NCBI GenBank assembly: GCA_951406725.2 | Contig: OX597833.1 | Span: 31,620,001 to 31,684,000 of the forward strand | Length of the DNA stretch: 64,000 nucleotides | Origin: Octopus vulgaris | Lineage: Eukaryota | Direction of reading: 5' to 3' | In this document: piece by piece, positions 50,745 through 64,000 of the stretch | Numbering within the stretch: position 1 is the first letter of the stretch | Layout: the number at the start of each line of letters is the position of its first letter | Notes under the pieces: generated by a model | Seen by the model: only the letters and a program-made list of their open reading frames with translations | Told to the model about the DNA's origin: nothing | Database searches by the model: none | Program-made: the position numbers and the translations under genes

Positions 50745-52303
50745 TTGGTTTGGTCAAAAAGTCCCATTAAGTTTTTTTTTTTCTTTTGTCAAGTGAAAAT
50801 ATGACACAAGTTTTAAACAGTTACTTATTCGATCAATGATATAATTACCATTTCATTACAGTTTCTTCTGCTATCCTGTGGGCTGATCTGTTATTCCCTG
50901 CTCAAAGAATTTCCTGTCTTCACTGGTGAAAAATTTTTCCAGGTGAATTTTTACATCCTCTTCAGCGTTGGAGTTCTGTCCATTCAATGAATTTTGAGAA
51001 CAAATCAGGTGGAAATCTGAAGGTGCAAGGTTGAATATGAAGGATACGGCAAAATTTTCCAGCCAAGACCCAGTAAATTATGCCACATCTGCGAAGTATG
51101 CAGTCTGACATTCTGTAATGATAGACAATGCCCTTGCAATTAGCAAGTATTGGATGCTTCTGATGGATCGCTTCATTTAATTTGTCCAGCTGGTCACAAT
51201 ATATATCTGAATTAATGGTCCTGTCTGTAGGAAGAAACTCATAAAAGACAACACTTCCAATCCCACCAAATTGTAAGCATAACCTTCTTTGGGTGAAAAC
51301 TTACTTTGAAGGTCATTTGTGGCGGTTCACCATGCTTTCCCATGATTGTTTGCACTTCACATTTTTACAGATGATCTATTTTTCTGTCCATCAAGATTCT
51401 CCTCAAATAAGGCTTATTTTCTTCATGTATCTTCAATGAATTACAGATGGAAATTTGTTGAGTAAGGTTAGCTTCATTCAGCTGATGTGGGACTCCAACA
51501 CTAAACCTACTGGTGTTATCGAGGCAGATGGTTTTCATCACTCAATTTGGATATTCGGAGAATATCTGCAATCATCCTGGTCCTGTAATGAGGGTTGGTG
51601 TTGACTAACTCTTTCATTTTGTTGCTATTAACCCTTTCGTTACCGTATTTATTTTGAGATGTTCTGTGTTTCTTTCTATTATTTTATATGTAACAAAGAA
51701 TTTAATAAAATAACTTGGTTATCATTAAGCTAGTGTTAGGAACATAAATTGTGACTAAGGTTTGGTGGAAGATTTTAATTCAAAACTTATGAAAACAAAA
51801 CATTTGTACTACAGAGCCAGTGGAGCATGCTAGCTTTGTTTCTTTCAAATCTTCACATGCCCTCTACATTCACAGCCCACGAAACACTACAGAGCCGGTT
51901 TCAGTCGGGTTGGTAATGAAAAGGTTAATCTCAGTTGACTGGCACTAGCTTGGTGCATCATGAATGGAAAAATTTCCTGATCAAAATCTTGAAAATCACT
52001 TCTGGCTTACATATTCTGTAACAGCATCCTTGCCATACACAACATGTCTTCTTACAGTTTTTCTGCCACTTACTTGCCTTATTGTAAAATAAAACATGAG
52101 GTGTCGATAATGTTTGTTTCAACTCTCATTTTCAATATGATCCCAAGCACACAAAATACATTTCTCATTACAAGCTTGCTTTGATCTATATTGTATTTAA
52201 TATGTTCATATAGACAAAGAACAGGCTGAAGTTAGCTACTTTATATTAAAGTGCTTGAAGTTAAATGCTGACGAAAAACTAATGAACTTTTTTACTAACC
52301 ATA
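50745..52303 (-). mobile_element. Decayed full-length mariner element
   Basis: Imperfect TIRs TTGGTTTGGTCAAAAAGT / ACTTTTTTACTAACCA next to TA; VPHQL and YS..LAPSDFHL motifs. Confidence 0.75.
51632..51924. mobile_element. piggyBac-like MITE with TTAA TSD, inside mariner
   Basis: TTAA-CCCTTTCGTTACC ... GGTAATGAAAAGG-TTAA. Confidence 0.75.
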
Positions 52304-52304
52304 T

Positions 52305-55300
52305 CTTCATCGTTTAGCATCCGCTTTCCATGCTAGCATGGGTTGGACGGTTCAACTGGGGCCTGGGAAGCCAGAAGGCTGCACCAGGCCCAATCTGATC
52401 TGGCAATGTTTCTACGGCTGGATGCCCTTCCTAACACCAACCACTCTGTGAGTGTAGTGCGTGCTTTTTACGTCCCACTGGCACAGGTACCAGACAAGGC
52501 TGGCAAACGGCCATGATCAGATGGTGCTTTTTACATGCCACCGGCACGGAGGCCAGGCGTGGCTAGCAACGGCCACAATTGGATGGTGCTTTTTATGTGC
52601 CACCGGCATAGAGGACAGTCAGGGTGGCGCTGGCAACGGCCATGTTCGGATGGTTCTCTTATGTGCCACCGGCACTGGTATCACAGCTACAATTTCCATT
52701 GATGTTGATCGATTTTGATTTTGATTTTCACTTGCCTCAACAGTTCTTCACAAGTAGAGTTTTGTGTCCCAAAAAGGAAAGGTATGCATAAGTGGACTGG
52801 CTACATCCCAGGTAGAGGCCACAGATTATGGTCTCACTTGTCCTGCCGGGTCTTCTCATGTACAGCATACTTCCAAAGGTCTTGGTCTGTAGTCATTTCC
52901 TCGGTGAAACCTAAAGTTCGAAGGTCATGCTTCACCACCACGTCCCAGGTTTTCCTGGGTCTACCTCTTCCACAGGTTCCCTCAACCGCTAGGGTGTGGC
53001 ACTTTTTCACACAACTATCTTCATCCATTCTCGCCACATGACCATACCAGCGCAAACGTCTCTCTTGCATACCACAACTGATGTTTCTTAGGTCCAACTT
53101 TTCTCTCAGGGTACTTACACTCTGTCGAGTATGAACACTGACGTTACACATCCATCGGAGCATACTGGCTTCATTTCTTGCGAGCTTACGCATGTCCTCA
53201 GCAGTCACGGCCCATGTTTCACTGCCATGTAGCATGGCTGTTCGTACACATGCGTCATACAGTCTGCCTTTTACTCTGAGCAAGAGGCCTTTTGTCACCA
53301 GCAGAGGTAAGAGCTCTCTGAACTTTGCCCAGGCTATTCTTACTCTAGCAGTTACACTTTCAACACACTCGCCCCCACCACTGACTTGGTCACCTAGATA
53401 ACGGAAGCTATCAACTATTTCTAGTTTTTCTCCCTGGAATGTGGCGGAAGTTGGTCTCTTTGCATTTTCAGTGTTTATTGCTCCTGAGCATCTGCCACAT
53501 ACAAAAACCATCTTCCTAGTTAGCCTTCCTTTGACTTTGCTGCACCTCTTATGTGTCCATAGCTTACACTTGGTGCATCTTATAGAGTTTCTACCTATGC
53601 CTTTTCTACAGATCGAGCAGGGCCATCTACCTGAAGGCGTTTGTGACTTGTCTACCTTCCTACTTATTAGGACTTTGGTTTTAGCTAGGTTTTACTCTAA
53701 GGCCCTTTGATTCTAATCCTTGCTTCCACACCTGAAACTTCTCCTCCAGTTCTGATAGTAACTCAGCAATTAAAGCAAGGTCATCAGTGTAGAGGAGCTC
53801 CCAGGGGCATCTTGTCTTGAATTCCTCCGTTATTGCCTGGAGGACTATGATAAATAGGAGGGGGCTGATGACTGAACCTTGGTGGACTCCTACCTCTACC
53901 CAGAATTCTTCACTGTACTTGTTGCCAACCTTCACCTTACTAGCGGCGTCCCTGTACATGGCTCGCACAACTCTCACTAACCATTCATCTATCCCTAGTT
54001 TCCTCATTGACCACCAGATAAGTGATCGGGGGACCCTGTCGAAGGCTTTCTCCATGTCAACGAAAGCCAGGTACAGGGGCTTATCTTTGGCTAGGTATTT
54101 CTCCTGCAGCTGTCTTACCAAGAATATGGCATCAGTGGTACTTTTCCCTGGCACGAACCCAAACTGCATCTCAACTAAACTAACTCTCTCTAATTAGTTG
54201 GGCTATGACCCTCTCCGTAACCTTCATTACCTGATCCCACAGCTTGATACCTCTAATTATTTGTATCTAGGGCGTCACTTTTACCTTTGTAGCAGTTGAC
54301 TATTATGCTGCTACACCAGTCATTGGGTATGACTCCTTCGATATCACCTGGTTAACTATAGCCGACACTACCAGATATTTTGAGCATCTCTGCAGTTATT
54401 CCTGATGGGCCTGGGGCTTTCCCTGTCTTCATGCTTCTAATTGCCTTAACTACCAAGGAACTGTCAGCTCGGATAGCTGGTCCCTCTGTTTGGTCGACAT
54501 TCAGCAGACTCTCTTTATCCCATTCATTTTCCTTATTCAGCAACCTTTCATAGTGGCATCTCCAAACCTCTCTCTTTGCATCCTCATTTAGCGCAAGTGA
54601 ACCATCATCCATGCGAACACATTTCTCTCCTACTACATCACGATTCTCTCTCACACAGTCTTGCAACACGAAATACCTCAAGTCTTTGGTCCTCACGGCA
54701 CAGAACATTGGCAAATTTCTTCTTATCTGCTTCCCTTCTGGCTAGCTGTCTCCCAGCTTCTCTTTTGGCAGTCTGATACAATTCCCTGCTACCACCATTC
54801 TTCCAGTCCTTCCAAGCCTGTCTCTTTTCTCTAATAGCCCTGTCTACAACATTGTTCCACCACCACGTTATTTTAGGTCGAGAGGGGACTTTGCACCAAC
54901 CACAGATCTGGTCAGTGGCTCTCAGCAGGTTGTCCCTTAGAGACCTCCAGTTGTCTTCTACCCCATGTGAAGCTATATCCCCTTCTACTTCGTCAAAAGC
55001 TTCAAGTAATATGTCCCTAAATCTCTGTCCATTCGCAGGATCTTTAAGCTTCCAGATCCTACTTCTCCATGTTGGTCATCCTCTTAGTCCTGATCCTAAA
55101 GTCACTAACTACCAGTCTATGTTGTGGGGTACATTCTTCGCCTGGGAAGGTTTTGGCATTTATAAGCAGCCATCTTTCCCTTTTCCTGGCAAGGATGTAG
55201 TCAATTTGGCTAGTATGGCAGCCCGATTGGTAGGTGACTAGGTGGCTGGTAGGTTTCCTGAAGTTAGTGTTGCAAACCATAAGATCATTTGCATCGCAGA

Positions 55301-55900
55301 ACTCCAGCAGCCTGGTTCCCTCCTTGTTGCGGGAACCATAACCATAGCCTCCATGTACACCATGGAAGCCCCCAGCATGTTGTCCAACATGCCCATTGAA
55401 GTCACCAGCCACAAAGAGAAGGTCTCTGTCGTTCGTCAACGAGGTAGTCTGCAGTAGGGTGTCATAGAATCGGTCTTTCTGTCCATCGGGTAGCCCCGGC
55501 TGAGGGGCATAGGCCGATATAATGGTTGCTAATCCATGATGAAGCACTAATCTAATCTTAAGTATTCTGTCACATACTCTGATTACCTTATCTACCCATT
55601 TTTCAGCGAGAAGTATACCCACGCCTCAGCCCCATTAGTGCTCCCTGCCCAGAAAATCTTGTACCTGTGTCCTTTGCCTGTGAGGAACCTAGCAGAACCT
55701 CCTCTCCACCTTACTTCTTGGATGCAGCACATATCGACACCTCTCCGTTCAAGCATCTCAACAATCTCACCAGACCTACCTTTGAGTGTGCCAACCCTGA
55801 GGGTGTGGGAGGTATGGGCCCTAGAGACCCGGGGACGGGGGACAGTGGCATCATGTACCTGAAAAGAGAGCTCGCATTTGGCAGAATTCATAAGCAAACA
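52305..55900 (-). mobile_element. Near full-length RTE LINE (APE, RT, C-terminus, tail), frameshifted
   Basis: RVGTLKG, CIQE, GDFNGHVG, SQIDYIL, QFGFVPG, DMEKAFDRV, GVHQGS, LLYTDD, GRGRPRKTW. Confidence 0.95.
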
Positions 55901-56129
55901 ATGATCTTAAGTTCAACCTGCTTACAAGTGTGATCGTGTGATAAGTTTTCATGAGTGAAAGAATATGTTGTGAGGAAATGCGTGAGCTAGGGTTTAAGAC
56001 GAAAAGACATCGACAGTAAAAAGGAGAAAATAATAAGGGTTTATGTTGATAATACTCAATGAAAGGAGGAGCAAGCTTAGCTGCTATTTTCCATCCTGAG
56101 GTTCGTGTTTATATATATATATATATATT

Positions 56130-57012
56130 AGCCCTATTTAATGTCTGTTTTTCATGCTGGTATGGCTAAGACAGTTTGACAGGAGCTTGCAAGCCAGGGG
56201 ACTGCACCAAACTCTACTGTCTGCTTTGGCATGGTTTCTATGGTTAAATGCCACTTTCTAGTGGCACCACCAGTGTCAACAAGTAACGTGAGGAAGGTAG
56301 CTTTGTGCCAAGTGATGAGAGGTTAAAGTATGATACAGGGGACTGAAATAGATGTTTTGCTGTAGAGAAGAAGGAAAGATAGTAGCAAAGATGTTGAGAC
56401 ATACGCTTAAGCTAGAGGGAGGTGTATACAAGTAAATATTGGAAAGAGTGCTTGGGTAGGTAAGTTCATGAAAGTGAAAAAGAACGGGAGATAAAGGAGA
56501 TGCAATGCAGTGAATGGTGAACACGGGTGAAAGGGGAGTGTTAGGAAGATAAGTTATTGGGGAGAGGTTCATCAAACTATGTGCTGAGACATAGATGACA
56601 TGCCTTTAGGACCTTGCTTTTGCATAGATGTACCGGTCTTCTCATGCACAGTAAATCACCAATCGTCCTGGTCCTTTGTCATCGCTGTAAGGCTCAACAT
56701 CTTTTTACCAACATTTTTTACCACTTCTTCCTGGATCTTCCTCCTCCAAAGTTCCAGGCATGTTCAGCAATTAGTACTTCTTTATGTAGCTTTCCTCATC
56801 CATCTACATCTTATGACCATACCAGCATAGTTTTCTTTCTTGTACTCTATATCTGATCAGTTTTTCTCTCAACATATTTATACATTGTCACACATGCACA
56901 TTGACTTTGCACATCCAGTGGAGCATGCTAGCTTTGTTTCTTTCAAACCTTCACATGCCCTCTACATTCACAGCCCATGAAACACTACTATGTAGCCTTG
57001 CTGTTCATACAC
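56130..57012 (-). mobile_element. Older degenerate RTE 3' fragment
   Basis: Decayed WYGH / GRSRK / tail motifs. Confidence 0.6.
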
Positions 57013-57019
57013 AAGTATC

Positions 57020-57420
57020 AGTGTAATTTGTTTGTTTTGTATTTTGTCGCCTCTTTGTGTATAGTAAGAAGTGTTTTCTTGTGTTGCTTTATTACATGTA
57101 GTAGTCTTCCACTTTTTATTCCTAAGTACTTTTCTAGTCAAACTGTTATTTTTATAATAGTTCTCTGTCTGTATCAGACCACAGTTTCTTCTGAGCAGTG
57201 TATTATTATTATTGGGTATGTAGTCTCAGTTACCTAATATGGGAGTGATAGCAGTGTCAAATACAAGTTGTGTGTATAATACAGATTATATGGTAGACTG
57301 GGGGGAGGGTGAGTGGAAGCCGTTACTTACCAGGGGAGTGAATCGGATAGATTTCTGGTATTTGGTGGGAAGTACATTACAAGGAAGTCAATGCTCATGG
57401 CGTTATACAGTGGACAAAAT
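57020..57420 (-). mobile_element. Possible Penelope GIY-YIG endonuclease relic
   Basis: Minus reads ICIIHTTCI*HCYHSHIR, resembling VIY.ITC..C...YIG. Confidence 0.3.
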
Positions 57421-58076
57421 TCAAATGGTCAAGATTAGCAAGGAAATAGGAACATAATGGTAGAGCAAAATAGTATATAGAACAGTTGAAAGTAATTAAG
57501 GATATTTTAGTTTCTCTGAATACCTGGCCTTCATTTGAGTAGTCTTATGAATTTCAATAGCTGAGCATTATAAGTGGGCAAGAAGATGAAGGAAATGAAA
57601 AAGAAAGTTTGTGTTGTATATTAGGTTTAAAAATATAAGCATAATATAAAGGACTTGGAGTGTATACAATATATGATTTTGTTACTTTATAGTATATAGT
57701 CTATCCAGAATGTTGTGTAATTGTAGACAAGCTTTGATCAAGCAAGCTATGGTGGAAAGCATTCTAGCCACCTGACTTGTCTTATTTGAGGATTGCATTA
57801 TGTAAGGTTTTTTTTTCTTAATGGTAGGCAGTGATTTAAAGGTTTTGGCTAGTATTTCTATCTTGAGCAGCCACATGGGATCTCCTTCATTGATTTATAT
57901 GTCTTGTATGTATTTATAATGGTAGACTGAATGTATTCAACATAGGTTTGTCTTAACAACTTGCTACTCTGGATTTAACTCAGGTTTACCTCAGACAGGC
58001 AAACCTCAGCTGAAGTGTTGGGAATTGTCTAGGGGTGCCAGAAATACTCCCACCTTTTTTTTTGTAACTCTAAAGT

Positions 58077-58462
58077 CATAGGCATGGCTGTGTGGTTAAG
58101 AAGTTTGCTTCTCAACTATATGATTTTGGGTTTAGCATGGCACCTTGGGCAAGTATCTTCAACTATAGCTTTGGGCTAACCAAAGCCTTGTGAGTTAATT
58201 TGGTAGGCAAAAACTGAAAGAAGTCCATTGTACATCTATCTCCTTCTCTTGACATCACGTGATAGTTGTAAACGAGTGTCACCATCATATAAGTGATGAT
58301 CTTCATTTCCAGTCTTACAAGAAAACCTGTCTGGCCATGGATAAATTTTTCCTTATTTGAAAACTGAAGGTTGGGTACAGAAAAAGCATCCAACCATAGA
58401 AAATCTGCCTCAGTCAAACCCATGCAAGCATGGAGAAATGGATGTTAAATTGAGGATGATAG
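58077..58462 (+). mobile_element. tRNA-headed CORE-like SINE with RTE-type tail
   Basis: GGCATGGCTGTGTGGTTAAG head, CCTTGGGCAAGT core, AAAGCCTTGTGAG, tail ...GGATGTTAAATTGAGGATGAT. Confidence 0.7.
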
Positions 58463-59649
58463 TGATTAAAAGAATCCAAAAGTTAGTTCTCTTGTAATTC
58501 AATTTGCATTTTTAAACAGTTAAATATTTGCACTTTGGGTTGAGGTTCAGCCAGAATAGATAAATGTGGTGTAAAGAACTTGTGATTCACTGGTGACAAT
58601 AAAAATTCGGTATTGTCAGATTGTATACATCAATAAATGATCCTTGTGACTTAATGAATGAGAATAACATAATGTCAACCAAGCTTAATGGTACCAAGAG
58701 CTTGATAAAATGCACATAAGTTTCTGAAAACTAGTTACTCTCATTTGGTGGGAAAGCCTGTTGATTACTTGAAGGGGCTCATGGATCTTAATCTTAAAAA
58801 GCAAGTGTTCTATTTAAACTAAGGAAGGCAAGGGTTTAGAAAGGGCTCTAGTAGCAAACTTTGTTGCTTCAGAACATTGCAAATGAGGCCCACATCATTA
58901 AGTTGATCGAGCCTGTTTTGTAAAGATATACTGCAAGTTATATTTGAGAATGAGGTGGCCAATGAAATTGATAAGATACAACTCTGAATGATGCAATATG
59001 TAGCTATGTTGAGATGTCAATAGATATAGATGAAAGAATTATGAGAGATTGTAAGAATTTTATATGCCCTTCAAGTTGGTATGACAATGCATATAATTGG
59101 GAAAGGTTACTTTCCAGTACAAATGAAGTTCTGTCATGTATGACAATTCAAAAAAGTTCTCAATTTCCTGGCTTTATGAACATGGATTGTCAGCCTTAAC
59201 AAATATAACAAAAAATAAGATAAAACTGGTATCCAGCAAAGTGGAGGATTACATAAGAGTGTCAAGCTTATGGCCTTGGGTTGTAAAAACTAAGAAACTT
59301 TTTCTCTTTTATGCTCATAATTGTGATAAAAATATGCATGTGCATCTGTGTAGTAAGAAGTTTGCTTCCCAACCACATGGTTCCGTTTTCAGTCCCACTG
59401 TTTGGCACAAGTACTAGGCTTAAAAATAAATAAATGCTGGGATTGATTCATTTGACTAAAATTCTTCAAGGCTACAGTGTAATGGCTGAAACAAGAAAAA
59501 AGTGGGAGGATTCCTTGGAATTTCAGCAAAGCTAGGAAGTGGCTGGTGGGAGTGGGGGTAAAAATAAAATATGTAACTGGTGTACTGCAAAACAACAATT
59601 GGTTGAGTACCTCTGATCGATGACAAAATATACCAGAAAATATGTTTAA

Positions 59650-59870
59650 CCCTTTAGTGTTCACATTATTCTGCCAAAATTAATGCTTCTTCATCCACAT
59701 TGTTTTGAACTAATCATTCATTATCTTGTAGCCATGAGATTTTGATGAGGTAGCTGTTAATTTTTAAAACAATATTGTAGGGTTGGTGTGAGAGACCAGA
59801 TAGGGCTAGTTTGAACATAAAACAGGTAGAATATTTTTGGCCGGATATGGCCGGTTTAAATGCTAAAGGG
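59650..59870. mobile_element. piggyBac-like MITE with TTAA TSD
   Basis: TTAA-CCCTTTAG ... CTAAAGGG-TTAA. Confidence 0.8.
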
Positions 59871-59876
59871 TTAATA

Positions 59877-60510
59877 CAGTACCATACAAAAGTCTTCAGC
59901 CACTTTAAACTATTGTAAATTTCTACTAATTGCCAACTTATAAGTGGATGTTTTGCATTGTTTTTTGTTTTTTTTGCAGATGAAACATTGGCCCTGTTGG
60001 AGTTATTTCCATACCTAATCATTATATTTTGTAGTAGGGGTTCCAAATGAGAGGGTAAGATGAGAGATGATCACCAAAAATGGCCGTGCAAAAGTTTTCA
60101 GCCACCTGACATAAACCAATCGAGATTACAGTGTTTTAAAACAGAAAAATATCTGTAATGAAAATTTATTACATAATGTTCATTTCAAGAAGTACATTGT
60201 TAATATTTCGTGTGGCTTCCCTTAGTTTGAATAATTGCTTTAATGTGTTTGGGAAGAGATGCATACAAATCCTTCACCATCTTCAAGATTGTATGGGTTC
60301 TTCTGACAAACTCTTCAGTTCTGTCCACATTTGCTTGATGTTATTTAAGTCAGGGCTCTGAGCTGGCCAGTCTTTCAATACAGTAACACCTTCATCATCC
60401 AGACTCTGTTGATGAAAGTGTTACTGCAATGCGAAACATCCACTTATAAGTTGGCAATTAGTAGAAATGTACAATAGTTTAAAGTGGCCAAAGACTTTTG
60501 CACGGGACTG
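59877..60510 (-). mobile_element. Tc1-type deletion derivative with ~84-bp TIRs and TA TSD
   Basis: TA-CAGT...ACTG-TA; internal DWPAQSPDLNNIKQMW on minus; internal copy of the TIR motif at ~60082. Confidence 0.85.
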
Positions 60511-60955
60511 TATATTAATGTGGCCTTGAGGGGAAAAATGAATTAGTGACTAAAGTAATGCTTTTGTGTTGCTGATTTGGTTTTAATAAAATACTAGAGA
60601 CACTTCTTGATCCTCAATGGAAAATTGCTTTAGTGCATGTTATGTATTAATGCTGCTAATTCCAGACATAAAGTATTTTAAGCATGCAGTGTAAGTATGG
60701 CTACAGAATGTAAAGAAAGTGTACAAACTATACAAACAATAGATTTTACATGATTCCTCCATATACATGTATTGGGTTATTTTAAATTTTTGTGCATAAA
60801 ATCACATTCATACACCGATAAACAAGTAGATATGAATTAGCTTTTCTGTTATTGTCAGCTTCTCTCTCTCTCTACAGTTTGATAAACTTCTTTTTTGATC
60901 ATCACTACCACAGGTGGAACTAATGAGACTTGTGTTTTTCTCTGTTTGGTTACAG

Positions 60956-61092
60956 GGGACGTATTGAGTTAGGAGACATTACTGCCCATAACATCAAGCA
61001 GCTGAAACGCCTTAATCAGTATGTTTTTCCTGTAACATATAATGATAAATTCTACAAAGATGTCTTGGAAGTGGGTGAATTGGCAAAACTTG
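60956..61092 (+). CDS. NAA50: NAA50 (N-alpha-acetyltransferase 50, NatE) exon 2
   Basis: GRIELGDITAHNIKQLKRLNQYVFPVTYNDKFYKDVLEVGELAKL; tacag| acceptor and |gtgagt donor. Confidence 0.96.
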
Positions 61093-63810
61093 GTGAGTTT
61101 CTCCTTATAATTTCTGTTCTTATGAATAGCAATACACATGGCTTTGTCAAAGTTGTGATAAGGATTGGACAGTCTCTCTCTTCTTTGTGCTTTAAAAACT
61201 TTCCATTCTCTTGTTCCTTTGGACATGGCACTTAATTTAGATTGATTGCCTCATTCAACTTGATTTACAAAAGATTCCATTTCACAGTTGAATGGTTACT
61301 TTAGAGTTATTAGGTGTAGGTATAGTTGTGTGATTGCAAACTTCACTTTGTAATTATGTGATTTCACCTTGTAACACCTTGGAAAAGTGCCTTCTATATA
61401 ACTGAAGCTGACTTGTTTACTGAATGAAATTAGTAGATAAAAACCATGTGAAGGCTCATTGTGTGTGCACAAACATTTATTTTCTGCATGTCTTACTTAG
61501 CACTGACAATGTTTGGGCAATATTGGTTTTATGTTTACATCTCCAGTAATGAGTCCTGTACCTCAATATGTGAAGATGAGTAAAAATACAAGAAAAAGAA
61601 GGGTTTGTGACAGGGAGGGTATCAGGTTGTAGAATACTGTCTCAGTAAATCTTATCTAAACCATGCCAGGATGTAAAAGATAGAGAAGTTCAAACATTTT
61701 TTTTTTGTTTGTGTTTAGGTAAAGTAAACTTTTTGACAGCAACTTGATTTTGAATAGAAACTAAACAATTGAAAATGAGCAGAAAGAATATGATCAACAG
61801 TCTGAGAATGTTTTCATTGATATTTAATGTTTATTACTTAACAAAAATGGGTGTAGGCATGACTGATTTACAACCATGAATCCAGGCTTGATCTCATTGA
61901 GCAGCACTTTGGAGCAAGAGTTTTCTTTCATACCCTTATGTCCATCAATGCCTTGTGGGTGGAATTTCATATCTAGGTACTATACTGAAACCAGTTGTAT
62001 TTATGTGTGTATGTATATCTTTTAGTAAGAAAATTGAAACCTAGTGTTTTTAAATAAAATTACTTTGATCACTCTTGGGATTGAAAATACAGTGAAGCAG
62101 TATAAAGTAACTGGATAGGATACTTGAGAGATAAGACCCTCTTATTTCTAAAGTTTTAAGTAAAAGTTGAGCGATGAAAACTGTATAGAAGCCCCCCAAA
62201 TAGACTATCCCTGTTTTGGAATGGTGAACTTAAAAATCACCATTTGGCCTTTGGCTGATTTTAGCAGTACAAGCATATGGGTCTAGTCCCCAGTCTGAGG
62301 ATCATTTCCCATCTGTCTCAGAGAACCTTAAGCAAAAATGTAGGACACTGCCCCTCTAAATAAGCTATGCACACACACACACACACGTGTGCAAAATAGT
62401 TTGGTAACTGTTCTGAGTTTAACATGCCTTTTACCTGCCCAGAGCCAAGTATATACCAATATGATGCAAAGTATTGGGTACTGCAGAGCAATTGACAAAC
62501 CAAGTTTACAGTTTGGAATTCTTTTATTCTTGGTTTCAATTGATCTATTTTCTATGAGAGCATTACTCATTATGTGACACTTTACTGGATGAGATATCCA
62601 GTGGGATTCAGCACAGTTTCTGTCCACCTAGTGTATGATATAAATTGAAAAACCAGTGCTTTTAAATACAATTGCTTTGTGGATTTTGTTTCACTTTGAG
62701 TTGCACAAACAGTATCACTCATGACTGAAACTTATTCAGTGAGATTGAACCAAGAATTGTGTAATTACAATACAAACTTCTTAGTCTCAAGGCTTCTATT
62801 TGTGGCCATTTCAATTCAGTTGTGTCACTAACATAAAAAACTTGATCATATTACATAAAAAATATTTCCAGTCGGTTGTGAGTTAGTGAGCTTATGTTTG
62901 ACTAAATAATTTACAATATCTAGTTTTACCCCTTTTTTTATGCAAATTCAAATACTGCTATGGTCAGTATTGACCTTCATCCATTTGGGATTATAGAAAT
63001 ATATTGGGTGAATTCAACTGTTTACTTTTTGTTTGTACCTCCTTAGTAAAGAATTTGCATTATCATTATATCACTGATATAATGGTTTCTGATTATGCAC
63101 AAGGCCAGCAATTTTGAAGGGTAGAGGTTGATACTATTGGCTTCAGTGCTTGACTCATACTTTATTTTATCAATCCCGATAGGAGGAAAAGCAGAATTGA
63201 TCATAGCAGGACCTGAATTCACAATGTAAAGAACCAGAACAAATACTATTAGGAATTTTTCTAAAGCTCTAATGGTTCTGCTGTCTTGCCACCTATTCAT
63301 CATCATCATTCATATGTCCATGTTCCATGATAGCATGGGTGGGACGGTACCACAAGTCAGCCAGGCCGAAGCCTGCATCAGACTTCTGTGACTGTTTTGG
63401 CTGGATTTTTACAGCTGGATGCTCTTCCTAACACCAACCACTCAGCAGAGTGGACTTGGTGCTTTTTATGTGGTGCAAGCACAGGTGAGGTGAGTAGTGC
63501 TTTTTATGTGGATATCATTGAAATAATGAACATTGAATCTAAGAGGCCAATATTGCAGGTTATGTTCCTTGAATATTGATTACCTCTTCTTAGATATATG
63601 CTTACTGCCCAATGGGGAATTTGAACTAAAGAGGGTGAAACTGATTATCCAGTATCCATCCACTAGGCTTTGTCACATAGTAATATATTATATATTGATA
63701 TTTAAACTTGCCTTGTATAATTTACTTACATGTTGTAGAACTTTTGTCAATTGATAATGTAATTCAATGCTAAAGTTTCTTTTTTTTTTTTTTTTTGTCT
63801 CATTTTCCAG

Positions 63811-63930
63811 CCTATTTCAATGACATTGTTGTTGGTGCTGTGTGTTGCCGAGTGGATAACTCTGCAACACAGCGCAGATTGTACATAATGACTTTAGGCT
63901 GCTTATTTCCATACAGACGGCTGGGAATTG
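63811..63930 (+). CDS. NAA50: NAA50 exon 3; gene continues beyond the window
   Basis: AYFNDIVVGAVCCRVD...RLYIMTLGCL.PYRRLGIG (acetyl-CoA motif); ccag| and |gtaagt; phase matches exon 2. Confidence 0.96.
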
Positions 63931-64000
63931 GTAAGTTGTTTGTACATTCTACTGAACACCATTCAATTAGAATATTGGCTTAAGACTGGTGTGGCTTATC

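Noticed and set aside
60930-61235. Single-exon 101-aa ORF
   Set aside because: Only 60956-61092 is coding; flanks are intronic with canonical splice sites

Overview
Repeat-saturated eukaryotic DNA. The SINE, RTE-tail and microsatellite landscape looks molluscan, probably octopus (inference). One host gene is supported: NAA50, with coding exons at 40412-40419, 60956-61092 and 63811-63930 and a ~20.5-kb intron 1 filled with transposons. The rest is mobile DNA: several RTE LINEs (one lacking RT, one interrupted by an R2-like fragment and a solo LTR), a two-LTR Gypsy element (PBS, PPT, TSD, -1 frameshift signal), a Mag-type Gypsy relic, a decayed Helitron, mariner/Tc1/hAT relics, piggyBac-like MITEs, a 2.5-kb foldback element, SINEs and long (TA)n tracts. 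The most unusual locus is 10982-13540. It is a tandem dimer of a ~354-nt highly structured repeat, each copy carrying a type I hammerhead ribozyme on the minus strand (retrozyme-like). An ORF1-only element encoding a Zn-knuckle protein has inserted into it with a 19-bp TSD, so the ORF lies between two co-oriented self-cleavage sites. Other hammerhead motifs occur, one with a ~95-nt stem II. All calls come from reading the sequence by eye; no searches were run.
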